Source: Bdellovibrionota bacterium (lineage in GTDB: Bacteria > Bdellovibrionota_C > UBA2361 > JAAYZI01). From it: 64,000 bases of DNA. The stretch lies in NCBI GenBank assembly GCA_050950765.1, contig JBMNIF010000002.1, positions 1 through 64,000 of the forward strand, read 5' to 3'. The position numbers and the translations under genes are program-made. This document shows positions 11,051 through 21,315 of this stretch, piece by piece. The notes under the pieces are model-generated. The model did no database searches. It was not told the DNA's origin and was given only the letters and a program-made list of their open reading frames with translations. Numbering within the stretch: the first letter of the stretch is position 1; each line of letters opens with the position of its first letter.

Positions 11051-11599
11051 TTATTTAGCTGTAATCTTTCTCGTAATCTTTCTAACTATACGTCTAGTTG
11101 TAGCAGTTTTAGCAGCTACTTTCTTAGGAGCAGCTTTCTTAGCGACTGTCTTCTTAGCAGCGGCTTTCTTAGGAGCAGCTTTCTTGGCGACTGTCTTCTT
11201 AGCAGCGGCTTTCTTAGGAGCAGCTTTCTTGGCGACTGTCTTCTTAGCAGCTACTTTCTTAGTAGTAGTTTTCTTAGCGACTGTCTTCTTAGCAGCTACT
11301 TTCTTAGGAGCAGCTTTTTTAGCAACTGTCTTCTTAGCAGCTACTTTCTTAGTAGTAGTTTTTTTGGCGACTGTCTTCTTAGCAGCTACTTTCTTAGGAG
11401 CAGCTTTCTTGGCGACTGTCTTCTTAGCAGCGGCTTTCTTAGGAGCAGCTTTTTTGGCAACTGTCGTCTTCTTAGCAGCTACTTTCTTAGCAGTAGCTTT
11501 TTTAGCTGTAGCAGCTTTAGAAACTGTTGACTTCTTCATTGTCTTTCCACTTTTAGCGGCAACTCGCGTTGTCTTCGTAGAAGTTTTACTTATAGCCAT
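11051..11599 (-). CDS. Histone H1-like basic nucleoid protein (Hc2/BpH1-like pentapeptide repeats)
   Basis: More than 20 KK-x-x-x repeats (KKVAA, KKTVA, KKAAP); GGAG RBS upstream. Confidence 0.85.
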   Translation of the reverse strand: MAISKTSTKTTRVAAKSGKTMKKSTVSKAATAKKATAKKVAAKKTTVAKKAAPKKAAAKKTVAKKAAPKKVAAKKTVAKKTTTKKVAAKKTVAKKAAPKKVAAKKTVAKKTTTKKVAAKKTVAKKAAPKKAAAKKTVAKKAAPKKAAAKKTVAKKAAPKKVAAKTATTRRIVRKITRKITAK

Positions 11600-12362
11600 G
11601 ATTTTTTCTCCAAAAATTAGCGTAGTATAATAACCTCTATTTTACGCCTCTTTTTATTTATTAATCTGCGAATCCTCTCGCAGTTATTAAAAACATGAAA
11701 TGAACATAATACCACTTGCGTTCTTCTTCATGTAAAAAAAACAACACTGAGACTTTTTAATTTCTGTGACCGCATGCCACTGTCTCAGATATTTTCTTTA
11801 TCCTGCCATCACATCGCGATGTTTGCAAGATATTAACTTTGATGTTCGTTATAAAAAAAGTTTTCATAAATTTTGCGAACTCATCTTTTAAGATACACTC
11901 CAACGCCACCCCTTCGTGTTTATATTTTTAAAAATTACAAAAAACACCATCAATAAGACCATGCAAAAAAGCCTATAAAATAAGCTTCCCATTAAAGACA
12001 TTCAAAACAAGACGCTAAAAAAATGACACTAGGATCTGAAACAAGAACTAAAGAAACAGATGATGTTTTTCTTTGAGTGAGACCTTAAAAATTCCTTCCC
12101 TAAAAATTTTATCTTCAAAAAAAAATTACTCTCTCGACATTCCCTCCTCTATTACAATTATTACAATCTTCCTTTCCGATCTCAGGTTGGATTAAAAGAT
12201 CCTACAAAATTCTCTTTTGAGTAAGTAACTCTTCTTCCTATTTTTTACTTCATTAGATTGTAACCAAGAACGATCTTTTAACTTATCTAGATTCTCTTAA
12301 GGCTTCCAATTACAACACTAACATATTGTAATTATTGAATATATTATTCCTTAATGGTGATT

Positions 12363-12389
12363 TAATTAATTATTTAATTCTGCCGATAA
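12363..12389 (+). promoter_or_regulatory. Putative sigma28 (FliA)-type promoter
   Basis: TAAT-N15-GCCGATAA (exact -10 consensus at 12382-12389) upstream of an HDOD gene; a second TAAA-N16-ACCGATAT lies at 12407-12434. Confidence 0.45.
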
Positions 12390-12556
12390 CTATAGCGGTA
12401 GCGATGTAAAGGCATCAAAGAAGTGTACCGATATCTTTGGTAAGAGATCTTACTTTAAGAGATTATAAAACAACTGATGGCTACTAGACTGCAACCTGTA
12501 CTGAGTCAGGTCACAGGATCTAATGGTTTCATAAGAAAGAATTACTTAGTGACGAG

Positions 12557-13555
12557 ATGACAACAACTGATACTAAAACAAAAATCGCTTCGGCTAACGA
12601 GTCTTGGCTGATAGCTCGTCAGTATGTTGGACTGTATGGGGAGTTCGCCAGTTCATTCAGTACAACTATTCGTTGGTGTAATAACAAAAACAAGCAAGGA
12701 ATCGGAGAGTTTTCGCCTAATTTATTATGGCAACTGCGCAGATTATTACGGAGCGACACAGTCCAAGCGCCTCTATACTATGCTACTAAGGCATTTAAGA
12801 AAGAGGCTTTCGAGAGTACTGAGATTCATGACATTGAAGATGTCGCTGCACTGTATACACCACTAGAGTTAGCTTCAGTTCTAGCGATGTTGTATTTATA
12901 TCGTCGAACAAAAAAATTATCTGACCCAACAGAGTTTGAACTATTAGAAGCAAACCTTGTCGCTCGTTCAGAGATTAGCACCTTCGTTGGAATTAACATT
13001 CCTAAGATCGGTTTCAGTATCGGGCTTTTAACAGGAATCATTCGTCACATCGGATTAGCTGCCTTCCTTATGCATGACAAAAAGGGTTTTGCCGAATACC
13101 GTAGAATGCTAAAAATAGCAAATAAAATCATTGACTTAGAGTATGAATTCGCTCATTGGGGCTGTTCTCATATCGAGATAGGAACAGCGCTTTTAATAAA
13201 TATCGGTTTCTCGAGAGAGTTCGCAAGATCATTCTCTTGCGGACTTTCAGCAACATCACCAGAGGAAGAAGAGGTGCTAAACAATCAAAGTTATGCCGTA
13301 AGGTGTGCAGATCTTTGGACCAATGCATACATGAGCACTGGAGAGCCTCCACGTACTACTTACAGGATGGGGTTCTATCCTTCAGATCAGGCGTTAGCAG
13401 TTTTAAATGAAGCGGTGCATAAAACCACCTCCTCCGGAGGGCAATTTTCATGGTTTAAGAAATGTGCAGATGACTTAACTCCAGAAGCTGCACCTGAATT
13501 GGTTAACGGTAAGCACTCTTCAACCGAAGATCTCGCAAAACAAGAACAGGAATAA
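12557..13555 (+). CDS. HDOD-like domain protein
   Basis: GLLTGIIRHIG and E...WGCSHIEIG..LL resemble HDOD motifs (AGLLHDIG; E...G.DH..IG). Confidence 0.6.
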   Translation: MTTTDTKTKIASANESWLIARQYVGLYGEFASSFSTTIRWCNNKNKQGIGEFSPNLLWQLRRLLRSDTVQAPLYYATKAFKKEAFESTEIHDIEDVAALYTPLELASVLAMLYLYRRTKKLSDPTEFELLEANLVARSEISTFVGINIPKIGFSIGLLTGIIRHIGLAAFLMHDKKGFAEYRRMLKIANKIIDLEYEFAHWGCSHIEIGTALLINIGFSREFARSFSCGLSATSPEEEEVLNNQSYAVRCADLWTNAYMSTGEPPRTTYRMGFYPSDQALAVLNEAVHKTTSSGGQFSWFKKCADDLTPEAAPELVNGKHSSTEDLAKQEQE

Positions 13556-14064
13556 GCATACTACCGAAGTCAAATAAAAACACTTCCTCCCTGTTTTATA
13601 CAACTATATAGTTTTTTATATCTAGGTCTTAAATAAGATTCATCCAATGCCTAAACATCACCAGAGGAAGAAGAGGTGCTAAATAATCAAAGTTATGCCG
13701 TGAGGTGTGCAGATCTTTGGACCAATGCATACATGAGCACTGGAGAGCCTCCACGTACTACTTACAGGATGGGGTTCTATCCTTCAGATCAGGCGTTAGC
13801 AGTTTTAAATGAAGCGGTGTATAAAACCACCTCCTCCGGAGGGCAATTTTCATGGTTTAAGAAATGTGCAGATGACTTAACTCCAGAAGCTGCACCTGAA
13901 TTAGTTAACGGCAAGCACTCTTCAACTGAAGATCTCGCAAAACAAGAACAGGAATAAGCATACTACCGAAGTCAAATAAAAACACTTCCTCCCTGTTTTA
14001 TACAACTATATAGTTTTTTATATCTAGGTCTTAAATAAGATTCATCCAATGCCTAAACATCACC
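13252..14064 (+). repeat. 402-bp tandem duplication of the HDOD gene 3' end, bounded by AACATCACC microhomology
   Basis: AACATCACC at 13252, 13654 and 14056; the copies differ at 6 positions. Confidence 0.95.
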
Positions 14065-14249
14065 GGTAGAAATAAGCCTCACTAAGCTTTAACTAGAACT
14101 CCACCTTTAGAGCTCTTCCCTTAGCTAGGAAGAGAGCTTGGCATAAATAAGGTTGAAGAGTCTTTCTAAGAAAGCTCCTTCGTTAGACAGGTTCAGTCAC
14201 TTACTATGTAAGCCTTAAAAAAAGGGGCGCAGTGTATAAAAGTCTAGCG

Positions 14250-16601
14250 CTAATTAGCCGCGTTAAGTTTCCTTATCAGTGTCATGCAATCTTTGGTAAA
14301 TACTTTTTTGGAAGTCCTCTTAATATTTACCTTCTTGGATTGTTTTACGCGCAACCTATTGCTTTTGATAGCAGTACTACCAACAGTTATATTTTTATAC
14401 CTTCTGACAATTCTCGGAAGATCGATAACTTTTAATGTCGTGCCATTTTCAAGAGAACCAGAAAATTCCGGTCCACATCTCCGTCCGCCCAAAATTAAGT
14501 TTAATGGAACTTCTCCGCTACCAGTCCCGATAAGAGAAATGTTCATCAAGCCGCCTGGGATAGCTTTTCTACTAACAGTACCGTCCTTCCTAACACCTGA
14601 AATCTTAATTGAAGAAAGTGTCATCGGAGTTTGATTCTCTCTCTCTTTATTTTTATCGTCTTCCACAACGGTCTTTACTTGGCAGTTCGGAGTAAATTGC
14701 AATGTCATCCCATCATATAAAGATGCGTTGTTATAAGCGTAGGTATAAGCACTATCACTCGCAGATCCCCGTACTCCAATAGTAGCGGAGGTTGCAACTA
14801 AAGAGGCTACTTCCGGCGTAGCAAAGGCATAAGATGTTTCTATTAAACCCGAAGGATAGAGTGTAACATTCACTGTTACATCGTCTTTATAAATGCTGGC
14901 GTAAGAACGAGCGTGCCAAGTGATGCTCTGACTGTTGGCATCTCCTTTTACCCTAATGCCATGACCTCTTTGCGGAAAAATTAGGTCTGTATGTAAAACG
15001 GCGATCGAATTTAGAGGCGCATCTGACCCGTTCCTATAATCAGCTGAGCTTTGATTTTGTAAATAAATTACACCGTTTGGAGAGATGGTAATATTCTTGT
15101 ATGACACACCATAAAACGGGAATTCAAATCCAAGTGTAACCTCAGGAAATTCTAATTCATCAACGTTAGAGATAATGTCTTCCTCTAGCGAAACATAAGA
15201 AGGAGCCTGCCTGCCCTCTGTGGCGCTATATGAACAAACGGTCTGATTACCAACTTCTGGCTCTACGTTGCCATTAATCAACCTTCCCAAATTTAAAACC
15301 TTACCACTTTCAACAAGACCATCAAGTTTGGTGTTGCTTGTGCCAGTTTTTTTCAGATGTGCTGTCAGTTCAGTCGGTGTTATCTTCGGATAAAGAGATT
15401 TTAACAGGGCAACTGAACCTGTCACAAATGGAGTCGCCATAGAAGTTCCAGAAAGACTTTTATATGTTCCATTAAGGTAAGTACTAACGATACTAACACC
15501 TGGTGCTGCAATAGTTACCGTTTTTGCGCCAAAATTAGAAAAATCTGCTAAACTTCCACTTCTACCGATAGCACCAACAGAGATAACATTGGCTAAGTTG
15601 TAGCCAGCGGGATAAGTTGGTTTTACGTCGTTGTTGTTACTTTCATTACCTGCTGCTGCAACAAATGTAATCCCTTCGGCTAGTGCTTTTTCTATGGCGT
15701 TATACATGACTTGAGAGAACCCCCCACCGCCCCAAGAATTATTCATGGCAACGATATTAAATCCTCGCTTCTTCATGGAAACGACATAATTAATGGCCTC
15801 AACTGCCCCTGCCAAGCTACCGGATCCTTTTGCGTTAAGAAATCTACATCCTAGCAACTTTATATTCCAATTTATTCCACTAATACCGATACCGTTATTA
15901 CCACTAGCACCGATAACTCCCGCTACATGTGTGCCGTGACCATTGGCATCCATCGGATCTCCTTTTGCGCCGATTGTTGACATGCCATAAACATCATCAA
16001 TATAGCCGTTACCATCATCATCTATACCGTTACCTGGAATTTCTCCGTTATTAACCCAGATATTAGCGGCGAGATCCGGATGAGTATAATCGATTCCTGT
16101 ATCAATTACGGCCACAATCATGTCTTGAGAGCCCGTCGTGACATTCCAAGCTGTCTCTGTATCGATACCTAAATTCTTACTAAGTCCCCACTGTTCATTA
16201 AACTTGCTATCGTTAGGACGTGCAGCTATTGAGATCTGATAATTTGGAGAACAAGATTTTACAATTCCATTAGCTACGAGTTCTTCACACAGTTGTAAAT
16301 CTGCAGCATTAACCTCTCTTATGTTTGATTTGGAAGTATTTGAGGCGTTATAGCTGTGAGCACCTTTTAAGGTTACTAAACTCGATCCTTCTCCGAGAGG
16401 CTTTAGCTCTTGTAAGCCAAAAGAACTAAGTGTCGCTGCCTCTCCTTGCTGTAAAGCGAAAGGACCTTTTTCGGGTGGTTCAATAACGAACTCTCCTTCA
16501 TAAACGTAATCAGTAGCAGCATTAGCGTAAAAAGGAATAAAGACGGCAAGTAATAACACCGTCCATCGAGGGAATTTACTCAACAAGCAAGACATCAGCA
16601 A
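14250..16601 (-). CDS. Secreted S8 subtilisin-like serine protease with C-terminal beta domains
   Basis: Catalytic motifs VAVIDTG, HGTHVAG and SGTSMATP; signal peptide; NIDO-like FEFPFYG...ISPNG. Confidence 0.92.
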   Translation of the reverse strand: MLMSCLLSKFPRWTVLLLAVFIPFYANAATDYVYEGEFVIEPPEKGPFALQQGEAATLSSFGLQELKPLGEGSSLVTLKGAHSYNASNTSKSNIREVNAADLQLCEELVANGIVKSCSPNYQISIAARPNDSKFNEQWGLSKNLGIDTETAWNVTTGSQDMIVAVIDTGIDYTHPDLAANIWVNNGEIPGNGIDDDGNGYIDDVYGMSTIGAKGDPMDANGHGTHVAGVIGASGNNGIGISGINWNIKLLGCRFLNAKGSGSLAGAVEAINYVVSMKKRGFNIVAMNNSWGGGGFSQVMYNAIEKALAEGITFVAAAGNESNNNDVKPTYPAGYNLANVISVGAIGRSGSLADFSNFGAKTVTIAAPGVSIVSTYLNGTYKSLSGTSMATPFVTGSVALLKSLYPKITPTELTAHLKKTGTSNTKLDGLVESGKVLNLGRLINGNVEPEVGNQTVCSYSATEGRQAPSYVSLEEDIISNVDELEFPEVTLGFEFPFYGVSYKNITISPNGVIYLQNQSSADYRNGSDAPLNSIAVLHTDLIFPQRGHGIRVKGDANSQSITWHARSYASIYKDDVTVNVTLYPSGLIETSYAFATPEVASLVATSATIGVRGSASDSAYTYAYNNASLYDGMTLQFTPNCQVKTVVEDDKNKERENQTPMTLSSIKISGVRKDGTVSRKAIPGGLMNISLIGTGSGEVPLNLILGGRRCGPEFSGSLENGTTLKVIDLPRIVRRYKNITVGSTAIKSNRLRVKQSKKVNIKRTSKKVFTKDCMTLIRKLNAAN

Positions 16602-16935
16602 TCCTCCCTAGATCAACATTGTGATCCATCCCACACACGAGATAGAAAGTCGTTCAATCCAAGGGATCGCATTACGATCTGCCGCTAAATTCTTTTAGGA
16701 AAAATTATTTTTTTTGCTATTGGAGTAATAATGTTCAAAATTGTACAAAAATGGGCGTTTTTTAAATGAGAAATCACTCTTTATAAGAAAAGAGTCTACT
16801 ATGGCTTCAATTTTTACGAGTTACTAAAAGGGCAATTCCTCGCTTCTCCCCCACTCTTTTATTCATCTTTGTATTGCAGTGAGGTACTTTTTAATCTCTG
16901 CACTCTATTTTTTGTGTTGTTATAAGTGTTGATAT

Positions 16936-17388
16936 TTAACGTTCCAGTAATGTCAACTCCAAAACACCGCTACTGATGAAACGAGCTAAATTCTTGGCGT
17001 TTCTTTCTGCTGCTTCAAGAGTTGCGCTAGGATGATTTCGATAGCAATCAACAGAATAGGTTGAATCCCCATTTGGCGAGATCCTTCTCCTGACTTCATA
17101 GATATACTTTGAATTACTTCCTCTGTTACTGATTAACTTAGCGGTATTGATACTTAATTGTGCGTCAGGGATATATTGTCGAAAAAACAACCCTGCTCTC
17201 TGCCAAGCGGCAAAATCTTTTTCTAGGGAAAGTTGAAATGTAGTTGGCGTCTGGTCAATCTCTGCCAAAGTCTGTTCTTTTTGCGAGATTACTTCCATTT
17301 GTAGGTCATTAGCAGAATTGGCGCTACAAGAAGAGAGTCCTAAAACGGTTAAGATAAGAACAAACTTAATATTTTTTATGTTTATCAT
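16936..17388 (-). CDS. Hypothetical lipoprotein
   Basis: Signal peptide ending in lipobox LSSC. Confidence 0.6.
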   Translation of the reverse strand: MINIKNIKFVLILTVLGLSSCSANSANDLQMEVISQKEQTLAEIDQTPTTFQLSLEKDFAAWQRAGLFFRQYIPDAQLSINTAKLISNRGSNSKYIYEVRRRISPNGDSTYSVDCYRNHPSATLEAAERNAKNLARFISSGVLELTLLER

Positions 17389-17597
17389 AATCGAATCCTT
17401 AAATCCGCAGCACAAGGTTTCTTTCCGCCTTCAATACACCAATACCTTTAAACAGGAAAGGGGGACAATAAGAACGGTGTTTGCTCCTTACATTCTTACT
17501 ACGTAGTTTTATAGCTAATGCCGCTACAAGAAAAGGCCGATATTAAAGAGTAGACAGTGCAGTTTGTTAGTTGTTTCTATTTTTTATCGGCGTTCTC

Positions 17598-18443
17598 ATG
17601 ATAATTCGACTACTTTTTATAGTATTATCATTTTATATCTTCGCATTTTCGGAAGTCTCAGCTGATGATACTGTCAGGGCACGTTTTACCCCTAATGCTA
17701 CACGTTACAAACACACCTTAACAGTTGCTCCGTTAAAACTTGCTAATGGAAGTAGTTTAACACTTGTCTCTCCTGCTCATTTAACAGGTCTAACCAAAAA
17801 GCTCTCTATCTTGCTTGAGCGGACACATCAGCAGTATACGAAAATTTTTGGAGAGATCCCGACGCTGACCACTTCAATTCGACTAATTGATGAAAGAGAA
17901 TTCTTTAAAGTAACAGCGGCACCTGAATGGACAAATGCACTTTTCTATAAAAATGAGATCATTATTCCCATCCCTGAAAATGTTGCTGAGATAGACCTTG
18001 AAAATATTTCCCGCGCGATAAAGCATGAATATACTCACGCTGTGGTGCACGCCTTATCTGCCGGACGGTGCCCTGGTTGGCTCGATGAGGGGCTGGCGCA
18101 ATGGTCTGAGGGACCTGAAAATCCGGCTTTACAATTAGCTTTGCTTGAACTCTTAAAAAAGAATCGTTACATCCCTTTTGATAAATTACAGGGAGGTTTT
18201 ACCAAATTGGATGTCGAATTAGTCCCTGCTGCTTATGCACAATCTCTTTACGTGACAAAAGAGCTTCTGACTCAACACGGATTTTCAGCTTTAAGACGAT
18301 TCTTCAAAGTGTTACGTCACGGCTATAGCAAAGACGCTGCATTTATTGCGGGGTTTAATATGAATGAAGGCTTAATAGAAAACATCGCCATTCGCAGAAT
18401 CAAAGCACGCTTAAATCAACGTCAAATCTCTGCTGCACAGTAA
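17598..18443 (+). CDS. Peptidase MA-like zincin protein
   Basis: HEYTH plus PGWLDEGLA and AYAQS; signal peptide. Confidence 0.8.
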   Translation: MIIRLLFIVLSFYIFAFSEVSADDTVRARFTPNATRYKHTLTVAPLKLANGSSLTLVSPAHLTGLTKKLSILLERTHQQYTKIFGEIPTLTTSIRLIDEREFFKVTAAPEWTNALFYKNEIIIPIPENVAEIDLENISRAIKHEYTHAVVHALSAGRCPGWLDEGLAQWSEGPENPALQLALLELLKKNRYIPFDKLQGGFTKLDVELVPAAYAQSLYVTKELLTQHGFSALRRFFKVLRHGYSKDAAFIAGFNMNEGLIENIAIRRIKARLNQRQISAAQ

Positions 18444-18504
18444 ATCAGAGATCATCATCCGGATCTTCCCTAGCTTTTTACCCCCATAGAGGATCGTCAC
18501 TGAA

Positions 18505-19675
18505 GGGTGGCACCAGATTTTTAACCCCCGTCAAGATCTAGCTAGCTCGTTTCGCTGTATCAGCCCGTCCTAGCGTCCCTGAAGGGTGGCACCAGTGATA
18601 AAGCCAACTAATCCGCCCAAACTGGTGGGTGGCACCAAATTCATCACCTGCTTGCTAGAAGCTTTTTGCTTAAAAAGCCTATTAGAATCAAACTATTATG
18701 ACATAACTAGTTGTTTAGGAGCCTCTAGCTTCAGCTTTCAATAAAGAAGGGTGGCACCAGTGATAACCCCGCCCTGCTGTCCCTGAAGGGTGGCACCAGA
18801 TTTTTAACCCCCGTCAAGATCTAGCTAGCTCGTTTCGCTGTATCAGCCCGTCCTAGCGTCCCTGAAGGGTGGCACCAGTGATAAAGCCAACTAATCCGCC
18901 CAAACTGGTGGGTGGCACCAAATTCATCCCAAATTCATCACCTGCTTACTGAGAAGCTTTTTGCTTAAAAAGTCTATTAAAATCAAACTATTATGACATA
19001 ACTAGTTGTTTAGGAGCCTCTAGCTTCAGCCTTCAATAAAGAAGGGTGGCACCAGATTTTTAACCCCCGTCAAGATCTAGCTAGCTCGTTTCGCTGTATC
19101 AGCCCGTCCTAGCGTCCCTGAAGGGTGGCACCAGTGATAAAGCCAACTAATCCGCCCAAACTGGTGGGTGGCACCAAATTCATCACCTGCTTGCTGAGAG
19201 CTTTTTGCTTAAAAAGTCTATTAAAATCAAATTATTATGACGTAACTAGCTGTTTAAAAACCTCCAACTTCACCAACTTCAGCCTTCAATAAAGAAGGGT
19301 GGCACCAGATTTTTACCAGCTTCAGCCTTCAATAAAAAAGGGTGGCACCAAATTTTCCAAATTTTCAGCCTCTTTTTAGTTGCAGCCCGTTCCCGTCAAG
19401 ACCCAACCAATTCGCTTTTCAGTTCAGCCCGTTCAGCCGTCCCTGAAGGGTGGCACCAAATTCATCACCTCCGTCAAGACCCAACCAATTCGCTTTTTAG
19501 TTGCAACCCGTCCAGCCGTCCCTGAAGGGTGGCACCAGTTTTTTAACCCCCGTCCAGATCTAGCTAGCTCGTTTCGCTGTATCAGCCCGCCCAATCGTCC
19601 CTGAAGGGTGGCACCAGTTTTTTAACACTAAATTTTAACCCCAACTTCAGCCTTCAATAAAAAAGGGTGGCACCA
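18505..19675 (+). repeat. Large head-to-tail array of 16 GGGTGGCACCA motifs with mosaic modules
   Basis: Motif starts at 18505, 18584, 18627, 18749, 18788, 18867, 18910, 19044, 19123, 19166, 19297, 19340, 19448, 19527, 19606 and 19665; lies between convergent genes. Confidence 0.95.
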
Positions 19676-19699
19676 AATTTTCAGCCCTATCAGATCTCT

Positions 19700-20182
19700 T
19701 TACGGAGTCGTTTTTTCTAATAAGACCACAGCGAAGGCAGCCATCCCCTCTTCTCTACCTAGAAAACCGAGATGTTCCGTTGTTGTTGCTTTAATTCCGC
19801 AAACAGATTCATCAATTAAAAGAGCTTCAGCTACGGAAAGTTTTATAGCTTGCTTAAACGGTGCAATGCGGGGTTTTTGAGCAATAATAGTGCAATCTAA
19901 ATTTACAATCTCCCAACCGTCAGCGTGTACTCTTTCCCAAAGCCGCCTCAAAAGCTCTTTACTGTCTGCATTAAGATATTGAGCATCCGTATCGGGAAAA
20001 TGCTCTCCAATATCCCCTCCACCTACCGCACCTAAGATAGCATCCATAATAGCATGAGTTAAAACATCTGCATCAGAATGCCCGATAAGTCCATCTATGT
20101 CAGAAAGTTTAACACCTCCCAATATTAAAGCTCTATCATGCGCAAATTGATGAACATCTATACCGTGCCCAATACGGAACAT
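19700..20182 (-). CDS. ispF: 2-C-methyl-D-erythritol 2,4-cyclodiphosphate synthase
   Basis: RIGHGIDVH, GHSDADV, DIGEHFPD and KATTTEHLGF. Confidence 0.97.
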   Translation of the reverse strand: MFRIGHGIDVHQFAHDRALILGGVKLSDIDGLIGHSDADVLTHAIMDAILGAVGGGDIGEHFPDTDAQYLNADSKELLRRLWERVHADGWEIVNLDCTIIAQKPRIAPFKQAIKLSVAEALLIDESVCGIKATTTEHLGFLGREEGMAAFAVVLLEKTTP

Positions 20183-20293
20183 AATAACTACCTATGCCTT
20201 AATATTAAAACGATCCTATTTAATGCTCTAAAAGTATTGTTGCAGCTACAATCAAAATAATAACGGACAACGCAATGCCGCGAATTACACTAA

Positions 20294-21151
20294 TTAAAAT
20301 CCGTACCGTTTTGGATCTCTTAAAATAGCTGCGGTCGCAAAAACACGCGGGACAAATGCACGCGTCTCTCTATTAAAAAAGCCTCTTCGTGAAAGAACCC
20401 AAAAATCCGTTTCTCCGTTAGCAGCATTTATCTGACGTTGCACACCACCTGGTCCACAATTATACGCAGCCAAAGCCAACTCCCAACTTCCAAATCTTTT
20501 GTGCATATCTTGCAACATCCGTGCAGCGGCTATCGTAGAAAGGATCGGGTCTTTTCTCTCATCGTCAAACATATCAACTCGTAAGTCGTACTCTTGAGCA
20601 GTTCCCTTCATGAATTGCCACATCCCGACAGCACCGGCACGACTTCTCGCATTGTGATCAAGTGCACTTTCTACAATCGCTAATGCCAATAACTCCCCTG
20701 GAACCCCTTCGTCTTGTAACAACTCTTCAAGAACAGCACGGTATTCACGTTGTTTTCTGAAGGCACGCTCCATAAACTTTCGCTCACGCCCTAAAAGACG
20801 GTGCATCTCTCTGTTAATTTCAATATTATCCGGAATCGCCAACTTAGGCAGCGTAACAGGGCGTTGGCGCTTAATATAAAGCGGAGCCATCGAAGCTCTT
20901 CTTGAGTCATAGTCTTTTACTGCAAGCTCTTCCACCATTGAAAAGTTTCTATCAAAAAAGCCGCACCCTGTAAGGGTTAACAGAGATAGAGTAACAGTAA
21001 GAGACACCACACCTCTCTTTAAGGTGCTAAACGGTCTTGTGCAAGAAGTGCGATTGTAATTAATTCGTTGATTACTTTCTTCAGAACAACTGACGATCAT
21101 GGGTGTATTTTCGCACGGTGTATTCACCCTTTTAAAAATAAACGTGTCCAT
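20294..21151 (-). CDS. MltD-like lytic transglycosylase (SLT domain); start uncertain
   Basis: AIVES, AGAVGMWQFM, LALAAYNCG and ETRAFVPR. Confidence 0.88.
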   Translation of the reverse strand: MDTFIFKRVNTPCENTPMIVSCSEESNQRINYNRTSCTRPFSTLKRGVVSLTVTLSLLTLTGCGFFDRNFSMVEELAVKDYDSRRASMAPLYIKRQRPVTLPKLAIPDNIEINREMHRLLGRERKFMERAFRKQREYRAVLEELLQDEGVPGELLALAIVESALDHNARSRAGAVGMWQFMKGTAQEYDLRVDMFDDERKDPILSTIAAARMLQDMHKRFGSWELALAAYNCGPGGVQRQINAANGETDFWVLSRRGFFNRETRAFVPRVFATAAILRDPKRYGF

Positions 21152-21315
21152 ACCGCCCTCTATACTACAAATAAGATCGTTCCTTCAATCATATCTCTTT
21201 TACCCCCTTGCGGAATTACACCTGAAAAGGTTATCCTAAAAGGAGTTGTATTAGTTTGTTGTAGTTATTTATCATATTGATTTAATTATCTGATTTTCTT
21301 TAATTAAGATATATT

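Noticed and set aside
10962..11630. Hydrophobic repeat ORF on the + strand
   Set aside because: It is the antisense shadow of the Lys/Ala-rich histone-like gene.
8482..14064. Diversity-generating retroelement TR/VR pairs (both 3'-end duplications)
   Set aside because: Differences are not adenine-specific (they include C/T changes, mostly synonymous in the HDOD case), and there is no reverse transcriptase in the window.
19380..19604. Peptide encoded by the 79-bp modules (variation looks third-position biased in the VPEGWHQ frame)
   Set aside because: 79 is not a multiple of 3 and most copies have an in-frame TAG/TAA. At most this is a trace of coding ancestry. Small ORFs at 5524-5764, 9306-9518 and 50406-50639 are likewise treated as repeat artifacts.
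18505..19675. CRISPR array
   Set aside because: The repeat is only 11 nt, spacer lengths range from about 28 to 123 nt and recur, no cas genes are present, and the motif is dispersed across the window.
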